57,152 bases of DNA, filler included, from Porpidia crustulata (GCA_964255105.1; 7 parts of 7 records of this genome joined end to end with filler, not necessarily neighbours in it), one strand, 5' to 3'. Shown: positions 24,696-38,568, counted from the whole stretch's first letter. Translations and numbers: made by a program. Notes: generated from the sequence alone by a model not told the origin.

Positions 24696-26085
24696 CCTCG
24701 CTCTTCAAACATGAGAATATCCGCCTAGTTGGCCGCAAGTCGTAATAACCATTTTGATTGCCGCGAACTCTTTCTAGCTTTGCATGTTGGGAAGAGAAGG
24801 GATGTCGCCGCCGACGAAGATTGATCGGTTTCGATGCCGCGAGGGCGAAAGGAGCGGCGCGGTTTCTCTCTGGAGAAGTCAGCTATAATGTGTTGTTGTC
24901 ATTGGGATCAGGGGGGAGGATTGGGGACGTGCGGGCTAAAAAGATGCAGGAGCGTTCGCGTGGCAGGATTATTACTCGAGGGAACGAGGTAAAGGGCAAA
25001 AGTGCAGCGGATCGAATCTTCGAAGGATAGACGAATGGGAGGGTTTCCCGGAAATGAGGGAGGCGGAAATCTGGAGCTTAATCCTGGTCATCTTGAGAGA
25101 AGAGATACTTAGTCTTTAGCTCCAACAGGTGGCTTCATGGCTGTGTATGCTGGCAAACCGATGTAAGATCCTCCGGTGTTGGCCTTCTGAGCACGTCTGG
25201 GTCCACCTCTTGGGTTGTGCGGTCATTTCGGCATGGGTTCGTTTGTTGGCTTCGGTAGGTTCCGCTGGGCGTCCTGGGTTCGGCGCATAGTCGTCGGCAT
25301 CGGCTTTAATCGTGTGCCCCCGGTTCCCTGTCCTTGCAGGGGCAATATAAGCATTTTGGCATTCGTTTTGAGACGTTATCTGACACGAATAATATGAATC
25401 GATCAGCCAAGGTGTCTGGTAGCACATGTAGCATGTCAGCAGCAGTCTCTATGGATTCATCGGCCTGCTCCAGCAACTGCGGCTGCACAAAAAGCGATAA
25501 GTAGTTGCAAATGGATAATCGAGCGATTTGACTAGCTTTTGAAGGTATCGGGTATATGAAAATGGCTGATTCCTTCCGTAATTGTGCAGCAACGGTCTCC
25601 TAGAAGTGCCTCGAACATACCAAAGTCAACAGAGTACCGCCCCTAGATCATTAGAATCCTGCCTTCCCTATCAAAGATCTATTCCCTAGCTCCCAGAACC
25701 TTTAAATCCTCCTTGAGCGCCGTTCATTTTTTCTAAAGTAGCACCAACATCCGCGCCGAAATGACCATAGCCGCCAGGTCATTTGTATATTCTCTTGCAT
25801 TGCAATGATAAAGCACACTGGTATATTCTCTCAACTGTACGCGAAGCTTGGACGAAAATAAGTATCGTTCGGTGAGGAGGACGTGGGAGGAAAACACAGA
25901 TCGCAGTGCTGCCTGGGTCCTTGGGTTTCAGTAGGCGACAAACAATGAGAGCTGAGAGCAGAAACCAGGTGACTATAGCGGTAAACATGCAGTGATACGA
26001 GTATGTTCGGTTCTGCCAGCGTACTGCGAAGGCCGCATCCGAAGCAGGGAGCCAGAAATGAAGCTCGAGAAAGCTCATCCTCATC

Positions 26086-26854
26086 TCATAAGATCACGCA
26101 TTTCCGAGCCCTCGGCTCCCTTCGGTCAGCTGGAAGATGGCGTGGTCTGGCATTAGGGTTACCCATCCCACCACCTCCATTGAAAGTTGTCCCTCGTCGT
26201 GGTGGCTGCATAGGATCTTGCCTTTGTCTTCTCAGTGATCTCACAACCTCGTAAAAGGCCTTTTCCACGTTGATGCAATTCTTCGCAGAAGCTTCCACAA
26301 AGTCGCAGCCCATTTCCTTTGCTAACGCACTTCCCTCTTGCGTAGACACCTCTCTTTCCGTTACTCGATCGCTCTTGTTACCTACCAGCATCACAGGAGC
26401 TTGACCGCCGCCAGGGAGGACAGGGGACATGGGTGACGACAGATAGGAGCTCGTTGGCGATCCCGCACTCGACGATTCTTTAACCCTTTGAATCTGGCTG
26501 TGAAACTTCCGGATCCGTGTGAAACTTGATCTGGAGGTAATGCTGTACACGAGAACAAACCCCTCCCCATCCCTTATCCATTGGTCCCTCAGAGCTGTGT
26601 ACTCTTCTTGACCGGCCGTATCTAGGACTTCTAACATGCAGGATTGACCATCGATGACTACCTGCTTCCGATACGAATCCTCTATTGTAGGATCGTAGGT
26701 TTCCACAAAATGATTAAGACATAGCTGCCTTGCGTTGAGCTAAGATGTACCGGGAGATGGTAGCGTAATGACTCACTTGAATAGTCAGAGCTGTCTTTCC
26801 AACACCTCCATCGCCCAGCACCACTAATTTGTACAGCGTCATTTTCCCCGCCAT
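26086..26854 (-). CDS. ras2: Ras2/RasB-type small GTPase, 2 exons
   Basis: GDGGVGKT, YDPTIEDSY, DTAGQEE, NKSD, EASAK; intron 26776..26725; basic tail RREPRARK plus CAAX box CVIL. Confidence 0.95.
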
Positions 26855-29800
26855 CTTGGATCGGCAGAGCCTGGGTATCGGCGTCTGAGTGGTATGTTTG
26901 ACGGGAGGGAACCTTAATGTATCGAATTCTATTGCAGCGGCTCCGCAGAGTTGATGAGCTGTTTCCTTACAACAGCCAAGGAGAACGAAGAACTAAGCTT
27001 GACCGCTTTGTAGGCTGTAAGAAACCTTCCTGGGGAGTTCCCACCTGCAGGTCAAGGATGACAAGGCCAATGACAACGGCCTCAACTTATTTGATGAATA
27101 TCTTGCTGGCCAATACCAAACCAATGGATCAGCCTGGAGCCGCAATGACAAGTAGTCTTGCTGATCACCGACTGGCAGCGAAGCTCCACTGATCTCTCAA
27201 TTGATTCGGAGTATTGGTGCAGGACGAATATGCACGCGGGATGCAACAGTAGTGACAGCCTTTGTTGCACAATCTTCTACCGACAACGGGCACACGATAG
27301 TACGACCTTGATCGCCAAATCTCGAGGACAGAACGCCTAAGACAAGGCCGAAGGATGCAGGAATAACGGTTGTACTAGCCAAGAGCAGGAGGAACGTGAA
27401 GCGGACAAGGTAAGTGACAAGAAGAGAAGCGGGCGGGGAATATTTGAGGACGACAAGCTTAAGCCCTCTTCTTTCAGGGTCAGTGTCTGTGCGACGGCAA
27501 AGTAGTTCAACAGTAGCTCAAAGTAAGAGCACTCTGAAGTTCGAAGTGAGTGCTTAGGCTCTTCGCCACGTGAGCAACACGTGGAAGATACCGTAGGCAA
27601 TGACGATTGTAGGCTTGTAGCGTTTCGCCGTCCGGAAGATCACTTCGCTATTACCAATTTTGTCCCTATACCTGTCGTGAGCTGCGGAAATATAGGAGAA
27701 AAGCCACAACACCGAAAAGCTGAAAGAGAAGATGTCAAGCCGCAACTGTGCCTTCAGTAACAGAGTGTTTGGTGAGGATGTGAGGAAAAGATGCGAGCCA
27801 GATTGTGTGATGGAGTGGCCGTGGATTGGTGGGGTGCAACAAAGCGCCGGCATTGAAGGAGGAGGAGCCACCCCTGCAACTGCTTTTCCCTGGTAAGAAA
27901 CTCAGTAGTAGAGGTTACTACTGAAGGTTACTATGCTCTAAGGTCCCCTATGCATCCCTGAACGCCAATCTAAGAATTGTCCGGGTCCAGACGAACTTGA
28001 CTACTTGCCTACAAGGACCAACATCTTCTTCGGGCTTGTCTCGTCAAAAGCACATGCTTCAGACCCGACAATCCCTCGTCCAGATAGTTCAAGTGCGAGG
28101 CAGGACGAATGTGTTAGGTAAGGTGCGCTGGTATCTGCAACTTAGGGCTCTCCTCCCGAATTCCGGAGACGAAAGGGGGAGACCTAGTCGAAGGACTGAT
28201 ACATGTGGAGTAAGGCATCTTACTGGTAGCCAGTAATTTTTGACTTTGGCTGGAGATTCCGAGGATCTGGCGCTGGGTATAATCGCATCATTGGTGTGTC
28301 TTGAAAGTCTGGGAAGAGGCGTGGAAAAGGGTGCATCCAGAGTAAGCGAGAATTCCCTGGTCCACAACCTATCGCCATCGACATAATAGATCGAGCTTGA
28401 CCTCAAAAGAGCGAAAAGCCTTCTAGCGTGATCCGGGAAATCCACTTCGAGCACCGAGATCGAAAGGGCTCACGAAGGCGTTTTCACCTCTCTGCAAACG
28501 AATTTGCCTACTACCTACCCTAAAGCTATAGCGGGCTCGTGCAGGAGACCTTAGAAGCGCAGCTATCCACCATGTCATTACAGAATATCCCTCAAGCTAT
28601 CTGTCATGTCAACCTGGTGAGCCTGTCAGTAGCCTGAAGACAAAGGCCTCACGCACGGCTATAATGCTGGTCGAATTAGACGGCAGCTTCCTAATTCAAC
28701 AAGGTCTGCGCGGCACGACCTTAATCTTTTCCGCCCAGATGGCAAATTTACCGAGCCTCTCAGCGGAAATCGCATCAGATGAAGTTCCAGGAAAGCCGGG
28801 GTTAGTATTTGAATGGGTTGTGCTCAGACGAAGACGGGACGGATCGCATTTCAGTTTTGGGCTCTCGAGCGGACGGTAACGTGCAGGAGTCAAAAGCATG
28901 CAGCTCGCATTACCGAGCCCGACTGGATCAAGCTCGACAGAGGTACTACAACTTGATGGGCAGGAGAGCGGTGTAGTCTAGATGAGTCTGCATCGTATCT
29001 ATATCAGGCTCTCAGAATTTTCGTATTCTAGAACTTTGCTTCTATTGACCGCCGATTCTCTAGCTGCCTCCTCTACATGGTTTACTGCGATCCAATCTTA
29101 CGGCGTGTCAGTCGTCGTGGAAGTGACAAATTCTGGACTGTGGATGGCGACCAGGGATGGCAGTCAGTCTCCAATCTCGGCGCCCAGATAGTCACCGCCA
29201 ATGGCAGATTGGCTGCAACAAACGGCCCATGGGGCCACTTCCGTCGGGTCTCCCCGAGGGCGGGCTCTTCCTGCAGATCCGGTGTCGTGGGGGTCCAACG
29301 ATTCCACCGTTTTCACGAGTTTCCTGCCGTCATCATTGCTATCAGACCATCTGATAGGTCGACTCCGCTCCGAAAACATTAATCTGCGAAATGACAGGAG
29401 CTTTCCAGGCAAACGATATGGGACGTCGGCACGTTTGACAGCTCGTGAATCCCTGGACGCAACTAAGTCCCCTTAGCACGCATCGACTAATGGTCACATG
29501 ATCCAGCTCACAGCACTTAACCCTTCGTCGGGCTCTTTAGTACACAATCAGAACCGTGGGACAAATCAAGCCTTATGGCCAACACGGCTTATAAGACTCT
29601 GCTTGAAAGGGAAGAAATAAAGGTACGGAGTAAGACATCGTACGGAATTTACTTTGAGAAGAGCACTATCTTGACTGGCCGAGTACAGGGCGATAAGCAC
29701 GTACACTATGATTTCTCGTCCTAAGGCACATGCTTAAAACAACATATCTAATCTGGGCGCGAAATAGGCTGATAAGTGTTATTCCGCTGAAGATGTTCTT

Positions 29801-30755
29801 CACGTATACAGTAGTAAGGTACTATCTTCATTGCGGCATTTCTCCGAAGGAAATAAACTATCTAGTAAACATTGGGCTCGATGCTCAGGCTCCCCTCGGA
29901 GACTCAGTCGCTCAGAACCTGCAACATACTAATTAGATTAGCGTTGACTGTATTCTCAGACTTGGATTAGATAGCAGTTAGTTCGGTAGCAGGGAAGTAC
30001 TCACGTACTCTACCGTCTCTGCATCTGTCAGAAAAGTATATCAAGACAAGAGAACGCTCATTATTTCAAGGATACAATCTTCTAGTACTTGTAACGTGGT
30101 CCGCAGCATAAAGTGTAGGCGCGTAGGTAGGCCCTCCGAATCCCACACTCCAAAGCGGAAAGCGAAAAGCCTCACCATTCAATAGTAAGATACCTAGGAT
30201 TAGAAGAGGTAGATAATTAGTATTTCATTCGTCTTATCTACCTTAAGCTAGCCTGCTGCTGTTTAACTTCCCAACTCCCTACTAAATATGTTGGGCACTA
30301 TGACTCCTTGTGCTGGCACCTGGTACCTTCGTAAGCTGCATGCTCTCATTTAGGCGTTGAGTTGTTACTGCAGCCTTGTCCCAGATGCTTATCCTCTCAT
30401 CCTCTATGTGTGCATCATGCTGCCAGCGTTCGATTCGGTGGAGTTACCAAGGATCTTGCCGTAGTATCTGAAATGCGGGGAAATTAAGCTCTGCCTTCTT
30501 GCGTCGTCGCTCGTGCGAAAAGGTGAACTGTCTGGACGTCGCTTGATCCCTTTAGTCCGACAGTCTTGAACTCACTAACATCCATGCTCATCTGCATGTC
30601 CATGCCCATCTCCACGCCCATACCCATGGTGTCGACGCTTGATGACACGTGTTGGACTGTTGTGTATGTTGTGTCCCGGAAAAGAGCTGATGCTTCTAAG
30701 ATCTCGACGTCCTACATGTCTATAAGACGCCAATCAGAGGAACGAGTGCACAGAT

Positions 30756-32624
30756 ATGATTCCACATACACAGGATGAGGTCCAGGCTCATTCCTTGCGT
30801 GATCCCGAGTCGTTTTGGGGACATCAAGCCGAACAGCTCTACTGGCACAAGAAGCCATCGAAGGTCATTGACCGATCCACGAGGAAACTGACCAGCGGTG
30901 TTGAGCATCCAAGCTACAGCTGGTTCCCGGACGGAGAGATATCAACCTCATACAATTGTATCGACCGGCACATTGAGAATAGCAATGGCGAGGCTACGGC
31001 GATCATCTGGGATTCCCCAGTCACAGGGAGCAAAGAGAAATACACCTACAATCAGCTACTTGCGGAGGTGGAAACCCTCGCTGGGGTATTACGGGAAGAA
31101 GGCGTGAAGAAGGGTGATGTAGTCCTTGTATATAGTACGTACAATGAATATAGCTATGGATTCACTCCGGTCGCTCACTCTGTCCAGTGCCCATGATCCC
31201 TGCTGCCCTTTTTGGAATTCTTGCTGTCACACGCCTGGGTGCTATGCATGCTGTGGTCTTTGGGGGGTTTGCCCCAGCTTCATTGGCGCAACGGATCGAG
31301 GCGTCGAAGCCGCGGGCTATCTTAACGGCATCGTGCGGTATTGAGGGTGCCAAAGGTCCGACGGCATACAAGGCATTCATCGAAGGAGCATTACAGAAGA
31401 GCAGTTTCAAACCCGAGAAGGTCATCATATGGCAAAGAGATCAACTGAGATGGGATCCGGTAGTGAAAGAGAGCGGAGAGCGGAATTGGCAGAGATTGGT
31501 CAAGAGTGCAAAGAACCGGGGCGTGAAGGCAAAAGCCGTGCCGGTCAGGAGTAATGATGGCATATACATCATCTACACTAGCGGTGAGTGTCATTTCCTA
31601 ACAAGCTTCATAAGGTGATGGTTCCGGTTTTGGCGTAATACCTTACAATTAGTGGTATGGGAGGAGATATGGGGCTCAGCTACTGTGGCTACCTTGGACA
31701 AATGGTTTTTGAAGTACATGAGTCTAATCTTTTCCGACCTCAGGTACTACTGGTTTGCCAAAAGGGGTTCTCCGAGAAGCTGGCGGACATGCAGTGGGGC
31801 TGAACCTCTCGATCCGGTATATCTTCGGCTTGCATGGCCCAGGAGATGTTATGTTTTGTGCTTCTGACATTGGGTGGGTCGTCGGGCATTCTTACATCCT
31901 TTACGCCCCCCTACTGGCAGGCGCTACTACCGTCCTCTTCGAAGGCAAACCAGTTGGGACCCCAGACGCAGGCACTTTTTGGAGAATACTAGAAGAGCAT
32001 AAGGTAAATGTTCTTAGCACTGCACCTACAGCACTTAGAGCCATCCGACGGGATGACCCAGAGAACAGATTCTTTGAATCTGCTGGGAAAAGAAGCGGGC
32101 TGAAGCATTTGAGAGCGCTTTTCCTTGCTGGGGAAAGGAGTGAACCAAGTATCGTTCGTATGTATCAAGAGCTTCTCCAGAAGTACTGCGCTCCCGGGGC
32201 GCAAGTCATCGATAACTGGTGGTCCTCCGAATCCGGCTCTCCCATTTCAGGCATAGCTCTCAAAGCCTCCGCGGGACAAGACTTTGGCAGTACCCTCGCA
32301 CATAATGCCTTACCTATCAAGCCTGGATCCGCAGGCAAACCCATGCCCGGCTTTGACGTTAGGGTAGTGGATGACTCCGGAAGCGAAGTCGAGAAAGGCG
32401 GAATGGGCAACATTGTCCTAGGCATTCCGCTTGCTCCGACCGGTCTGACAACACTCTACAACGATGATGAAAGATTCTACAAAGGCTACATGAAACGCTT
32501 CGATGGCAAGTGGATCGACACCGGTGACGCAGGCATGATCGACGAAGATGGTTACGTTCATGTGATGTCTCGCTCCGACGACATCATCAACGTCGCCGCC
32601 CACCGCTTCAGCACTGGTTCGTTC
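30756..32624 (+). CDS. Short-chain acyl-CoA synthetase (ACSS3/propionyl-CoA synthetase PrpE-like); 3' truncated
   Basis: WFPDGEISTSYNCIDRH, AMP-binding YTSG|TTGLPKG, ASDIGWVVGHSY, DNWWSSESG, DTGDAG, NVAAHRFSTG; introns about 31135-31187 and 31584..31743. Confidence 0.9.
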
Positions 32625-32724
32625 NNNNNNNNNNNNNNNNNNNNNNNNNNNNNNNNNNNNNNNNNNNNTTAATTAATTAANNNNNNNNNNNNNNNNNNNN
32701 NNNNNNNNNNNNNNNNNNNNNNNN
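32625..32724. other. Artificial contig linker
   Basis: N44-TTAATTAATTAA-N44. Confidence 0.99.
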
Positions 32725-32999
32725 GGGGTATAGAGGGGGGGCAGGTCGATTACTGATTTGGGGTGTCAGTAGGTGTCTAGTTCATGAGCTGCACGACGAA
32801 GGGAGGAAGGAGGATTCAGAAAAGCAGGGAAGGCGATTGGGAGGTGTGCCAGAGGAAGCAAGAGAGGTATACAGAGCATGACAGGGATATGAATGAGGAA
32901 GAAAGCTAGGTAGATTAGGTCGCGTTTGCGGGTGAGAATAGAGGTGGGCACGGCGTGGGGAGGAGAAACAGGGGTATTTGGAGAGGTACGCTTCATCAT
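32725..32999 (-). CDS. First exon of an EXPERA/TMEM97-like membrane protein; remainder off contig
   Basis: SILTRKRDLIYLAFFLIHIPVML followed by donor GTATAC near 32871; resembles the N-terminus of fungal TMEM97-family proteins. Confidence 0.6.
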
Positions 33000-33383
33000 T
33001 AGCACGGTGGGAACAACAAATTGGAATCGCGGATACGTTGTCGTGGTGGGAAGATGGCCAGGGAGGAAGTGGTTCAGCTCCGTAGGGCTGACACAGGAAG
33101 CGCGGGGAAAGCTTGGCGTGCAATGAATAAGAGGAATTTGCGGGTTCGATTACTCGTCACAAGAGATTGGATTGTACAGACTTCAAGTTCTCATGGGTAT
33201 CATAGGCTCTATATTAGTCGCTACCGTTTGCAATAGAATTTGATCCCCTACCCCATAATGTTCTCTCCCTTCTCCCTGCCGATGAACGCCTAATGGCCGT
33301 GTAATTACCTTGCAAAGGGGGGGGAATCCTTGATATCGAATAAAGCATAACAAAAGGCGCAAGGAAAGGTAAGACCCACAATC

Positions 33384-35301
33384 TCAAGCGTGGATCATTT
33401 GCTGCACCTTTGGGTAAACCCTAACCATCCTTGTGTAAAAGTCCGGATGATCCCTCATCAGCACCTCAGGGTCCCAGGCCGCGGCGACGAATATGGTACT
33501 GAACTAGATTAGCTAATACTAATACTCTTGGGATCATGAGGGTACTCACTCGACGCCACTGCCGATGGGTGTCATGAAGATCTGACAGACTTGCAAGCCA
33601 ATGAGGAACGCAAAGGCCATAACGACAGGAGTAAAGGCTCCTCCGGCGTTGTAGGCTGGTTTTGTGAATTCGAGATAGAGGAAGGCCAGTAGAGTGGTAA
33701 GGTAGGCAACAAAAGTAGAGCCCATGGTCAAGACAGGACCGATGAGGCAGTCGTTGACGAGGGCATCGATACCGCGGTCTTTCATCATCCTGTAGAGTAT
33801 AAGCAGTTGCAATTGCCAAAGGGAATGGCCTTGGCTTACTTCCACGTATCCTTGGCTGCAGGAATGTATGCTTTGCCATAAAGCGCTATATGTGAGAATG
33901 CGTAGCGGTTGATAAATCTGGATGCAGTCAGCAGCTGGTCCCAAAGCAAGGAAAGAAGACGCTCACTGCACAGCCCACTCCAAGAGGCTGATCAGACACC
34001 CAAGGCAGCAGAAAGCCATTGACCCGATAATGTTGCCAGCTTGGGCTTCTTGCTGCTGCGCGATACTAACACCTTGGCGAAGCATGTTTATAAGTGCGAC
34101 TATTAAAGATCCAAAACATATACTGCCGAAAGAGTAGGTCATTGAACGGCGGAAAGCCCCTCTGGTAGCACCCTTGGGCATCCCTCCAGGCTTTCCTGCG
34201 CAAAAGAACCAGGACCCTAGACATACGTCAGTCTTCGGTATTCGACACTAAAAAGGGAAGACATACCATAAACTCCAGCCACGGTTGAGTGCATGGTGTT
34301 TTTGATCCATTCAGTGATCCAGTACGCTGCGAAAGTTATGAATACGATCAAGCCAATGACTTTAGCTGAGGAACAACCGCTCGTGCTGCCACGGCGCGTA
34401 CAAGCTGGATTGGCTCCCTTATTGTTGGGTTCGTATTTAACGTATATCGATACGAGCGTAACGGAGAACCAGGCGCCAAAGGCCAACGCAACAAAACCAC
34501 CGATTGCGCTGACGAGAAAGACATGGCCGAAACCTTTGGCCACATCCATGGTGGTCTGGAGCATCACCACGCTGAATGGTATCCTGGGTATCCAACTCAC
34601 GAAGCATATGATGCTGAATACTCCAAATATAGCAAATACAACAGCGGCAGAGTAATAGTGTCGGTAGAAGTAGTAGATTGCAGTGCCTATACTGAACACG
34701 ATTTGTAATATACCAGTGATCCACTGCAAAGATTTAGCTTTGAGTGTCATTGGATTTCCGAACAACCCACGATGAACTGCTTGGTGAAGGCACGCGCCAG
34801 GGTAAAGTAGCCCCATGAAAGAACGAAGGCGACGCCAAGTATAAATGCAAATAACACGACGGTGTTGGTGTTCAATGAGAAGTGGTTTGCCGAATTGTAT
34901 ATCCCACCACCACTGTAACTTTTGTTGGAGGAGTAGCCTTGTAAGGACAGACCAGATACTGCGACGAATCCAAGGAATGTCAAAATGAACTGCGAAAATC
35001 AGTCACTATGATCCTATACGCGATGACCGAGAAGATATACCAATATGGCGAAAGATTTGTCGTTGTACTTGGGCTTTTCAAGCTTGAACCGCTGCTCATA
35101 GGTTTCTTTTCCATCTCCCATTGGAGGTGGACCACCACCGCTCTGATAGTTGGGCGCATAGCTAGGAGGAACCATTGGGTTCTTTTCAGGCCCTTGGTAT
35201 CCATTGTTGTTGTTGTCATATGCTTGGGGAGAGTACGCCATCTGCGGTTGTGCGCCAGCATTGCTGTAGTAGTCATCCGCAGCGCCATGATGAGTAGCCA
35301 T
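33384..35301 (-). CDS. PNS1: Protein PNS1 (choline transporter-like, CTL/SLC44 family), 7 exons
   Basis: FKLEKPKYND, RIPFSVVML, SMTYSFGSICFGSL, NRYAFSHIALYGK, RGIDALVNDCL, DPEVLMRDHP...QQMIHA*; six GT-AG introns; PPSY motif in the N-terminal tail. Confidence 0.93.
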
Positions 35302-38300
35302 CGCTGAAGCAATTGGAGACTGACGTCTCCGGGAAGCAACAAGAAGTCACTTGTCTGATTGTTTAAAGTGTATACTTAATCGTCTAGTGTGGAAAATCGA
35401 ACGGAATTAACAACTTCCAAGTTCTAGACTCTCGATGTCATTACTAGGCTTGGCGAGCTTGGCAAGGGGTACTCCGCCATACGGTGGGCGACAACAGTCA
35501 ATAACGCAACGCCCAACCCTAACCTTAATTACAAGCGTCATTCGTGTCAAGATGCTCCGAGTACCTGATAGCTTTTATGTGTAGGCTGTATTTGACTGCC
35601 TACGGCTCGGAACCCAGACATGAAAGCTTGTGGTTTGACTTGCAGCCCGATAATGTAGCAAAACCATAGCTTCCATTGTAAAATGAAGTCTGTAAGCTCT
35701 GAAGTGCTCGAGATATTCAACAAATCCGTCTTCTTCGTAATTCATCGTCATTACCAACCAGTAACCGTGATTTTGTGTTTGGGTCTGAATGGCTGTACAT
35801 CTACCTTAAGATCGAGATGTATATAACGCCGTTCAAAGGCTGATGCAATCGGATCATTATCATTCATTGTGCTATACTGATGAGATTTGTCCCCTTGAGT
35901 GAAGCCTTGTGAGCCTACCTAAATGTCATGTAATGAACAACGTTGCACAACATCAGTCTCAAGATCTGGTGTTCCTCGCACGAAAACGTAAAGCGCGTCA
36001 TGTGTAAAGACTTGACTAAGATTAAATCAAGGAATACGTTGGTGTAGCATCACTCAAGTATCAGCCGCTTTCTCATCTTTGAAATGTGGCTCATGGATGA
36101 TGTACATGAAGATGGAGGTGACGAATTCTTCACTTTTTGTCTACAACTTCTCACTATAAATCTACGGTCATAATTAGAACGAACGTCAGTGAGTACTCAG
36201 ATGCTACGCGAGCGTATTTTTGACGGTTACTTCTGATGTGATTCAATTCTAATATGATACATCAGTTCTTTGAAGTATGCGATCTCATATAGATATCGGT
36301 AGCAGCTGTCGGAATTGTGCAGCTCTGAGTACCTATTTACTAAGGAGTTATTTGGCTTGTCGGTCAGTTGTTCTCTGAAATCGTGCAGACGCGCAGTCCA
36401 CATCTAAACAGAAAATTCAGAATTTCCGTCTACGAAATATGAAGTCAACTAGATTATCTTTGGGTGAAGTCCGACGTGGAAAATCATTGAAAGATGGCAT
36501 TCGCAGAACATCATCATTGAATTACTTAGGACTGGCTAGGACAATGCCTGATACGGCAGACTACCGGATTGTGATATCAAGGAGTGAGCAATCGGGCGAT
36601 CAAGCCGTTTCCTGCTAAAGTATCCCCTCGCTCTCAAGCTTATGGATGTCTCCTCCCCAGTGCTGAGACATCACATCGGGGCACGAATGGGCTACAGTCC
36701 TTATGGCGGCAGATATGCGGTCAATCTGTATTCAGCTGGAAATGAGTTCGGTACTTGAAGTAGCAACTAGGAGTCGGGGATCTAATAAACACAACCGTGC
36801 ACAAAGCAGGGCTTGGAGACGACTGAGGTGGCTTTTCCAACCTCAACCACCAAATCGTCGAGGTGTGGTGATCGACGATGAGATTGCTGTGACAGAGAAA
36901 CGCTAAAGAGAGAAGAACCAAATTATTCGACACTTGTCATTATACCGAATAAGGTACACAGTCTATCCCCTGCCTCCCTGACGGTCCTGCAACGCTACGA
37001 GAACGCTACTACCACACTACGTCAGAAGTGCTCATCACTCGACTCGACATGAACATCTGAATCCAAGCAATGTCGTACCAAGGACTGTCCTTGTACCAGG
37101 AAAAGAGGAGATACGAGGTCTGCTGTGTATCGTTGCGGCCACGGTTGAGTCAGCAGGTACAGCCAAGGCTTTAGCAACAAGGTCTCGAATCTCCATCTGA
37201 TAAGAATCGAATGTACTTTGCAGCATTATGCGAGTGATGTGAGGGAAGACGAGTGGCCGCAATGTTATTGACGACCGAGTAAAGCCGCGAGCGATGGGTA
37301 GCTGAAGCGGCTAATTGATACGGTGCAGAGATCCGTAGACAGTACGAAGTAGGCGTGAGGTATCGACATGATCAAAGAATGTTGAAAGCCGCCATGGTCA
37401 GAAGTGGCAGGATCAGCAGTAAAGCACCGAGTAACGCCTTAGTCATCCACACGAAGACATCGGATGTACTCGTAATAAACGTGTAGATCTCTCGCTTTCA
37501 ATGTACCGCCAGTCTCCTCATCCTACTGGCGCCCCCGTTGTGTGTCATGTATCACAGCATATCCTTGATCCATCCTACCACTTCTTTACACTCGAGACGA
37601 GTGCGAATCCTCTAATTGTTTAGCAGTCCGGTTCGAGAAGACCCTTTCTCCAATGCCGTGTAGCCCTTGATGCAGCCTGCCTGCGTACACGATTCTTTTG
37701 CAACACACAATCCACGCGAGGGACGCTCACTAGTCCTTTACAACGCCACCCACAGTATCGTCCTCACCTTACCTACCAGACTTCTCCTTTCGCAAATCTG
37801 CTTCATACAATTAGCCAAAGACTTCCTGCGGTGAATCCACACGACCTTTGCCGGAATCTTTGTTGAATTCCGCCCATCTCTGTCTGCGTCTCCGAAGCTC
37901 AATTACGATGAGAATGGACCTCCACTAGTTCTTCTTCACTGCTATTCAGGAACAACTGCCCTCCCCAGAGACTAGGGCTGTTAAGAACCTCCCGGCGACC
38001 AGGTGCTGTATGTTTCCCCTGCCGCAAGTTACAGCGACAGTCCAACTGGGGCCGCTTACTGGGGTTTCTTCCTATCTAGCGTGTGGCTGTCTCCAAGTGG
38101 ACAGTCACTCTGCAACCCTGTCCACTTAAACAAGCTGAGATAGGCCAAAGCTGACGATTAGTTCACGGTGCTTGCGCCGCACCGTGCCCAAATCTCTTCT
38201 TTGAGCGGACGTCTCGCTTGCGTTCGAGCAAGAGATCTCAAGAGCTTGGATTGTCAATAGATTGCCGCGGGTACTGAGGCCCTGATCCTCCATACCCGTG

Positions 38301-38568
38301 AGCCTACTGCACCACTACGCTGTGCTGGCACATCATACTACTCGCCAGGTCCTTTGTACCTATCACTTTTCCGTGCGTTACCAGCATCCATTGTTGCTTA
38401 AGGTTCACGTCCATTGGCGTGTTACTTTACGTCGACACATCAAGATTTAATCACGACCTGGCGGTGAGGATCGGCTGATAGCATTTCGAAGCTCTTCATA
38501 TAGAAGGCGGTTTGACCACAGGATATTGGGGACCTCAATCTTTGTGCGGTCAGCACCTTTGGCTCGCA

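Noticed and set aside
31584..31743. Stwintron or micro-exon in the 160-nt acyl-CoA synthetase intron (internal CTAAC, TAG|TG|GTATGG)
   Set aside because: The inner unit would be about 31 nt with the branch too close to the donor, and a 2-nt micro-exon would frameshift the YTSGTTG motif
33140..33160. GGGTTCGAT as a tRNA T-loop
   Set aside because: No closing T-stem, acceptor stem or D-arm
38267..38305. TPP-riboswitch-like GCGGGTA-CTGAG...ATACCCGT in the PAS gene leader
   Set aside because: Only a P2-like stem is present; the P4/P5 pyrophosphate-binding arm is missing and the gene is not thiamine-related
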